A DNA stretch of 42,039 bases from Candidatus Helarchaeota archaeon. GTDB lineage: Archaea; Asgardarchaeota; Lokiarchaeia; Helarchaeales; RDOG01. The translations under genes were made by a program, and so were the position numbers. The stretch's first letter is position 1. Each line of letters opens with the position of its first letter. The stretch covers positions 1 to 42,039 of the forward strand of contig JALGVI010000047.1 of NCBI GenBank assembly GCA_029838215.1. Reading direction: 5' to 3'. The notes under the pieces are model-generated. The model was not told where the DNA came from. It did not search any database and worked only from the letters and a program-made list of their open reading frames with translations. Below, in pieces: positions 36,069 through 42,039 of this stretch.

Positions 36069-39000
36069 ATGTCCCGATTTTTGTTTAAAATTACGAAAGA
36101 AAAAAGATCATTTTTAATCTGCTTTTTTTTAATAACATTCTCCAGTTTTATTCCGATTTTAAGTTTAATGAACAATAAACTTCCACATTTTTATTCTAAA
36201 CCAATTGATTTACCGATAACGACATTAGAAATACCCCCGCTTTGGAGTTATCAAACTGGAGGTGATCTTCATTCCGTGGCGATCTCAAGTGATGGAGAAT
36301 TCATCGTGGCAGGGAGTGCTGATTCGGATGTATATTTGTTTAAAAAAGACAGCTCCGTGCCTCTATGGCATTATTCCACGGGAGCCAGTGCTTTTTCTGT
36401 CGCGATTTCAGATAATGGCATGTACTTGGTTGCAGGTAGCTATGACGATCGCGTCTATTTGTTTAACAGAACCAGTTCAACTCCAATGTGGAGTTATAAT
36501 ACAGGAGGCGATATCCGAAGCGTTGCCATCTCCGGGGATGGACAATATATCGTCGCTGGGAGTACTAACAACAAGGTCTACCTATTTAATCAGACAAGCT
36601 CTTCACCCATGTGGAGTTATACCACAGGGGACGATGTATATAGGGTCGACATATCTAAAAACGGTGATTATATCGTTGCAGGGAGTTGGGATTATAGACT
36701 TTACCTGTTTAATAGGACGAGTTCAACTCCAGAGTGGAGTTATTATACAAATGGTCGCGTCTATGCGGTCGCAATCTCTGCAGACAGCCAATACGTTGTT
36801 GGTGCAAGCATGGATTCAAACGACAGAACGTTCTTGTTCAATAGATCTTCTTCAATTCCACTTTGGATTTACTCTGGAACATCCGGCACCATTGACATTG
36901 ATATTTCTGACAATGGAGAATATATTTTTGCAGGCAATGGAGGTGGAGTTGTTTTACATCATCGTAATAGTTCAACTCCGTTGTGGACTTACCATTCCGG
37001 CTACGAAGTTGATTCTGTTGGAATTTCTGCAAATGGGCAATACATGTCTGCCGGTTATTTTAACGACCATATTCATATATTTGAAAAATCAAGCTCAACA
37101 CCAATTCGAGATTATGTAGCAGGGGATTTTGTTCGGGCTACGGACATTTCGGCAGATGGACTATATACAGTTGCAGGTAGCTACGATAATCGTGTTTATC
37201 TCCTTAGCCGCTGTGCAAAACCAGAATCAAATAATCCTAATGATTTTACTTCAAAGACAATCGGAAATGAAACGATCGATTGGATCCTCACCGATGAGTT
37301 TGGACCGGGCATGTATCGAGTATGGGGAGAAGATTCTTATGGAAATTCTTATGTCTGGAGAGATTGGACAAGTTGGGAAAATAATACCGTCCTACACGTT
37401 CCAATTAATCGAACATATTGGGGAACTCTAAATTTTACGATAGAATATAATAACTCCGTGGGTTTAATGGGTATCCCGGATTCAGTCTTTGTTACATTAG
37501 TTCCTACTGATCATGCACCAATTTGGCAATCTACGATAAGTGGAAATATTGAATCAGTTGATATTTCGGCAGATGGTTTTTACATTACGACCGGAGACAC
37601 AGACGGTGGTATAAAATTATTTAATAAAACAAGTTCGACAAACATGTGGTCCCATGTCGTAGCTTATGATGCAAAGTCGGTTGCAATTTCCTCCGATGGA
37701 GAATATATTATAGCGGGTCGTGATGATGACAAAGTATACCTGTATGATAAAGATAGCAAAACACCTGTTTGGTCATATACAACAGGAAGTGATGTTCGTG
37801 CTGTAGATATTTCATCAAATGGTGATTACATGGTTGCAGGTAGTTACGATCATTATGTCTATTTGTTTAATAAAACCAGTTCGACACCCATGTGGAGTTA
37901 TGATACAGGTTATAGCATAAGATATGAAGTCTCAATATCTGCAGATGGGCAATATATTGCAGCAGGCGGACTTAGTAATGATGTGATAGTATTCGAGAAA
38001 TCAAGTTCGACACCATTATGGAGTAAAGATGTAGGTCATGAAATCACAACAATAGCGATTTCTCAAGATGGAGAATATATTGCCGCTGGGGACAGTGCTG
38101 GTTACATATATTTGTTTAATAGAACTAATTCCACTCCGATTTGGAGTCGAGATATGGGACAATTCGTCAAATCTGTTGCAATATCGAAAAACGGAACCTT
38201 TATTGCCGCAGTTGCAGATGTTCCGCATTCATTATGTTTATTTCATAGAGATAATTCAACTCCGATTTGGAATCAAAGTTTAAGTTTGCAAGCGACATCA
38301 GTGTCAATTTCATCGGATGGAAAATACATCATTGCTTCTTGCACGGACAAATTCATATATCTATGTAATCAAAGCATGTGTCTATGGAGGTCTTATTTTG
38401 ATGGTTTTGATGAATACGTAAAAATTTCAGCCGATGGACAATATATTGCAGCAGGAGGAGACGATAATAAAATTAAATTATTTGATCTCTTTAGCAGACC
38501 GGAATCTAATTCACCGACAGATATGACAACGCATGAAATCGGTAATGAAACAATAAATTGGAATCTAATAGATGAACTGGAACCAGGACAGTATAGAGTC
38601 TGGGCAGAATATAATGGTGAAACGCCTTACATCTGGCAGGATTGGACATATTGGGAAAATAATACGGATCTCAGGGTTCCGATCAATCGCTCTATAACAG
38701 GAGTTTTCAATTATACAATAGAATACAACAACAGTCGTGGGATTCTTGGAACTCCTGATTCAGTTTTAGTAACCGTGATTCATGCACCAATTTGGAACCA
38801 TACAGTAGATGATGATGTTCTTCAAGTAAAGATATCAGGTGACGGACAATATGTAGTCGCCGGAACTGAATCTCCCGGAGGAGAAAAACTTCATTTATTT
38901 AAATCATTCAATTCAACACCATTATGGAGCAATGCAACGGGAAATACGGTAAGAAGTGTTTCTATTTCAGATGATGGAGAATATATTGCAGCCACTAACG

Positions 39001-42000
39001 ACGATGGAAACCTTTATCTCTTCCAGAAGGATAACCCAAATTATATTTGGCGTTATTCCATGGGAACCACGGGTAGATCTGTCGCAATTTCGTCCGATGG
39101 GTTCTACATTACCGTTGGTACAGACTCGCCGGGAGACATCTATCTTTTTAATAGGACAAATTCAAACCCGATGTGGAAATATTCGGGCATATCCACGGTC
39201 TTTCAGGTTGCTATTTCAGAAGATGGAGAATACATTGCGGCAGGGAGCACGGATAATAAAATTTATTTGTTTAATAAATCGAGTTCTACTCCAATGTGGG
39301 AATTCGATACTGGTAACGATGTAAGATCAGTCGCAGTAACGTCAACAGGTCAATACATCGTGGGAGGTGGTTCAAACCATATCTTGTATTTTTTTAATAG
39401 GACAAGTTCAACACCAGAATGGAGTTCAAATACAGGAGATATCATTAGATCCGTGAGCATTTCCGACCAAGGAAATAAAATTGCCGTAGGAAGTGGGTCA
39501 AAAGTTTATTTGTATAATCGGACAAGTTCCATTTCCGAGTGGAATCGTGAAACTGCAGGTCTCGTAGATTCAGTTGATATTACAGGTGATGGTGACTTCA
39601 TCGCTGCGGCTGGTGGAGACGATGTATATCATTTTAATGTATCAAATTCCACCCCTAATTGGGCATATTCAACAAATGGAAAAGTATATTCTGTCTCAAT
39701 ATCCTCGGACGGAAAATTAATTGCCGCAGGAAGTCTTGATAACAATGTATATGTCTTTCACAGGGATAGAGGTCCTGTTTCAAATAGTCCTTGTGATATC
39801 ACTTCAAATCTGACAGATACCGATAAGATTGGATGGATTTTGGCGGATCCTATTGGTCCGGGTCAATTTAGAGTCTGGGCAAATGATACAAATAACGTCT
39901 CTTATGTGTGGTCAGATTGGCAATCCTGGGATAATCTTACTTCATTAAACGTGAATATTAATCGAACTCATTGCGGCACGTTTAATTATACAATCGAATT
40001 CAACGATAGTAACGGATATCAAGGCATTCCTGATACAGTAATTGTGACTTTAGTTACTCCGCCTCCTTCTTCAAATCACCCAATGGACTTTACAGCCTCA
40101 ACCATTCTTTCGTATACTTTAAACTGGACTCTTTCTGACATGTTTGGAACAGGTTTCTACCGTGTATGGTGTAATGTTTCTAATGATGAATATTACATTT
40201 GGCAAGATTGGGATACTTGGCAAAATAATACGAATCTGATGATACCGTTGAACAATAGTGTCGAAGGAACTTTTAATTACACCATAGAATATAACAATAG
40301 CGTTGGACTCTTTGGAGCTCCTGACACGATCATTGTCAGAGTTGTATTACAAGATCATCATCCTTTATGGACTTATCAAGCCGGTAATGACATCAGATCA
40401 ATTGCTATTTCGAAGGACAGTAATTATATCGTGGCTGGGAGTAAGGATTGCAAGGTATATTTATTCCAACGAGCCCGACCAGAACCTTTATGGTCTTTCG
40501 AAACGGGTGGTACAGTCCAAGCAGTTGCCATTTCATCCGACGGTCAATATATTGTGGCAGGAGGAGTCGATTATAAGATCCGTGTTTTTAACAGGAGTTC
40601 ATCAATGCCTTTGTGGAATTATACCGCAGGAGATGTCATAAATTCGATAGCAATTTCAGATGATGGATTTTATTTCGTCGTTGGGAGCGACGATAACAAG
40701 GTTTATCTCTTCAACAGGACTAATTCGAATCCAATGTGGACTTTCAACCCGTCAGGAGACATTAAATCTGTTGCAATATCTGCAAATGGAGAATATTTTG
40801 CTGCAGGATGCACTAATGACAGGGTATATTTATTTAATAGAACAAAAATGTCATTAATTTGGCAATACGATACATCAAATGACGTGACTTCTGTCTCAAT
40901 GTCATCTGATGGGGAATATATTACAGCTTGGAGTGGCGGTGACATATATTTATTCAATAAGTCAAGTTCGACGCCAGAATGGATTTATTATAGTGGTTAT
41001 TTTTCAGGGTCAACTAAGATTTCAGGAGACGGACAATATATTGCCGCAAGCGTGACACCATATTTGCTTTTGTTTAATAGAAATAGTTCAACCCCTATTT
41101 GGAGTTATAGGCGATCCGGCGATGGAGGAACTGTAAATTCGATTGCGATCTCGCAGACGGGTCAGTATATAGCTGCTGCAAGATCATCCGATAAACTCCA
41201 TTTCCACAACAGGACAAACATCGGTCCACGTTGGAGGTATTTAACAGTAGACGAATTTGAAGTTGTTTCAATTTCTGCTGATGGTCAATACATCGCTGCA
41301 GGAAGTTATGATGATAAGATCTATCTCTTTCATAGAACTAAACAAGCCCCTTTTTCAAATCATCCGAATGATATCTTCATCAGGACAGATAGCACGGAAA
41401 AAATACATTGGATTTTAACTGAACACGAAGATAGTCCGGACATGTTCCGTGTTTGGCTAAATGATACGGGTGATAATTATTACGTCTGGAAAAATTGGAC
41501 TAATTGGCAGAATAACACGGATCTTAACATCGATATCAACATGACGGCGGTTGGAGTTTTCAATTATACGATAGAATACAATAATAGTGAAGGCGTATTT
41601 GGAATTCCTGATACAGTATTTGTCACCATTGATGATACAGAGCCCTCCATTGTTTTGGATGGTCCCATCAATAACACCGTGCTTCAGAAACCCGCACTCA
41701 TCGAACTGACAATCACGGACGATAATCTCAACCCTTCAACTGTAGAGTGGCGGGCAAACGTAACCCAAACAAGCTGGACCACGTCCTTTACGGGCTCACA
41801 TGACATCGACCTGTCAAGCTTTGCCAGCGACCAGACCGTTCAATTCTGGATTCAAGCCGATGATACGGTTGGCAACCACCAAATTATAACCGTAATCTTC
41901 ACGTTCGATGATACGGATCCCTCCATTGTTTTGGACGGTCCCGTCAATAACACCGTGCTTCAGAAACCCGCACTCATCGAACTGACAATCTCTGACGCCA

Positions 42001-42039
42001 ATCTCAACTCTTCGGCTCTAGAGTGGCGGGCAAATGTCA
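36069..42039 (+). CDS. Giant secreted/anchored protein: four beta-propellers plus Ig-like repeats, runs off the right edge; absent from ORF track
   Basis: Read codon by codon: no stop from ATG 36069 to 42039 (1990 codons); N-terminal basic + hydrophobic signal; 32 WD40-like repeats (PxWxYxTGxxVxxVAISxDGxYIxAGSxDxxVYLF); AGGAGG at 36050. Confidence 0.92.
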   Translation, partial: MSRFLFKITKEKRSFLICFFLITFSSFIPILSLMNNKLPHFYSKPIDLPITTLEIPPLWSYQTGGDLHSVAISSDGEFIVAGSADSDVYLFKKDSSVPLWHYSTGASAFSVAISDNGMYLVAGSYDDRVYLFNRTSSTPMWSYNTGGDIRSVAISGDGQYIVAGSTNNKVYLFNQTSSSPMWSYTTGDDVYRVDISKNGDYIVAGSWDYRLYLFNRTSSTPEWSYYTNGRVYAVAISADSQYVVGASMDSNDRTFLFNRSSSIPLWIYSGTSGTIDIDISDNGEYIFAGNGGGVVLHHRNSSTPLWTYHSGYEVDSVGISANGQYMSAGYFNDHIHIFEKSSSTPIRDYVAGDFVRATDISADGLYTVAGSYDNRVYLLSRCAKPESNNPNDFTSKTIGNETIDWILTDEFGPGMYRVWGEDSYGNSYVWRDWTSWENNTVLHVPINRTYWGTLNFTIEYNNSVGLMGIPDSVFVTLVPTDHAPIWQSTISGNIESVDISADGFYITTGDTDGGIKLFNKTSSTNMWSHVVAYDAKSVAISSDGEYIIAGRDDDKVYLYDKDSKTPVWSYTTGSDVRAVDISSNGDYMVAGSYDHYVYLFNKTSSTPMWSYDTGYSIRYEVSISADGQYIAAGGLSNDVIVFEKSSSTPLWSKDVGHEITTIAISQDGEYIAAGDSAGYIYLFNRTNSTPIWSRDMGQFVKSVAISKNGTFIAAVADVPHSLCLFHRDNSTPIWNQSLSLQATSVSISSDGKYIIASCTDKFIYLCNQSMCLWRSYFDGFDEYVKISADGQYIAAGGDDNKIKLFDLFSRPESNSPTDMTTHEIGNETINWNLIDELEPGQYRVWAEYNGETPYIWQDWTYWENNTDLRVPINRSITGVFNYTIEYNNSRGILGTPDSVLVTVIHAPIWNHTVDDDVLQVKISGDGQYVVAGTESPGGEKLHLFKSFNSTPLWSNATGNTVRSVSISDDGEYIAATNDDGNLYLFQKDNPNYIWRYSMGTTGRSVAISSDGFYITVGTDSPGDIYLFNRTNSNPMWKYSGISTVFQVAISEDGEYIAAGSTDNKIYLFNKSSSTPMWEFDTGNDVRSVAVTSTGQYIVGGGSNHILYFFNRTSSTPEWSSNTGDIIRSVSISDQGNKIAVGSGSKVYLYNRTSSISEWNRETAGLVDSVDITGDGDFIAAAGGDDVYHFNVSNSTPNWAYSTNGKVYSVSISSDGKLIAAGSLDNNVYVFHRDRGPVSNSPCDITSNLTDTDKIGWILADPIGPGQFRVWANDTNNVSYVWSDWQSWDNLTSLNVNINRTHCGTFNYTIEFNDSNGYQGIPDTVIVTLVTPPPSSNHPMDFTASTILSYTLNWTLSDMFGTGFYRVWCNVSNDEYYIWQDWDTWQNNTNLMIPLNNSVEGTFNYTIEYNNSVGLFGAPDTIIVRVVLQDHHPLWTYQAGNDIRSIAISKDSNYIVAGSKDCKVYLFQRARPEPLWSFETGGTVQAVAISSDGQYIVAGGVDYKIRVFNRSSSMPLWNYTAGDVINSIAISDDGFYFVVGSDDNKVYLFNRTNSNPMWTFNPSGDIKSVAISANGEYFAAGCTNDRVYLFNRTKMSLIWQYDTSNDVTSVSMSSDGEYITAWSGGDIYLFNKSSSTPEWIYYSGYFSGSTKISGDGQYIAASVTPYLLLFNRNSSTPIWSYRRSGDGGTVNSIAISQTGQYIAAARSSDKLHFHNRTNIGPRWRYLTVDEFEVVSISADGQYIAAGSYDDKIYLFHRTKQAPFSNHPNDIFIRTDSTEKIHWILTEHEDSPDMFRVWLNDTGDNYYVWKNWTNWQNNTDLNIDINMTAVGVFNYTIEYNNSEGVFGIPDTVFVTIDDTEPSIVLDGPINNTVLQKPALIELTITDDNLNPSTVEWRANVTQTSWTTSFTGSHDIDLSSFASDQTVQFWIQADDTVGNHQIITVIFTFDDTDPSIVLDGPVNNTVLQKPALIELTISDANLNSSALEWRANV
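41631..42039 (+). repeat. Intragenic tandem repeat, period 276 nt (92-aa Ig-like module)
   Basis: Units start at 41631 and 41907; first 84 nt differ at 4 positions. Confidence 0.88.

Noticed and set aside
36262-40957. ORF-track entries at 36262, 36838, 37129, 38016, 38068, 38956, 40303, 40660, 40703
   Set aside because: Off-frame or antisense shadows of the uninterrupted giant ORF 36069->42039
1-42039. CRISPR arrays, tRNA/rRNA genes, transposases
   Set aside because: No regularly spaced short repeats, cloverleaf or rRNA signatures, or transposase/integrase motifs were seen

Overview
AT-rich archaeal chromosomal window, very probably from an Asgard archaeon (inference from the ubiquitin-system operon, a longin-Arf-like GTPase fusion, archaeal informational genes and FwdC). 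1-5.3 kb (minus): partial N4/N6-type methyltransferase, fibrillarin, Nop5, Cdc6/Orc1, RadA with a long N-terminal tail. 5.5-24.7 kb: pyrD/pyrK, Isf-like flavoprotein, PHP, coiled-coil, Elp3, a lone fwdC, a 7-TM protein, a structured-RNA candidate, a 12-CxxC zinc-ribbon protein, FixC/FixX, 2-hydroxyacid dehydrogenase, BKACE, longin-GTPase, GNAT, HEAT, SDR, DMT transporter. The highlight is a compact 7-gene ubiquitin-like conjugation operon at 24920-29474: a Ubl with a SUMO-like acidic N-tail ending GG-F, a 57-aa orphan missed by the ORF track, a UBA3-like E1 carrying its own YDRQ arginine finger, a 92-aa orphan, an E2 with two insertions, a CSN5/Rpn11-like JAMM protease, and a ~6-TM membrane protein with a C-terminal variant RING (Hrd1-like domain order). 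Further on: macrodomain, ADP-forming acyl-CoA synthetase, a box C/D RNA candidate with an 11-bp terminal stem, a short face-to-face/Bd0055-type histone next to a Par14-like parvulin, a VapBC module flanked by a 90-bp duplicate of the parvulin gene, DUF1848/GGCT/radical SAM, and an unlisted >1990-codon surface protein (36069 to window end) with four 8-repeat beta-propellers and Ig-like modules. All family calls come from motif recognition by eye; no searches were run.
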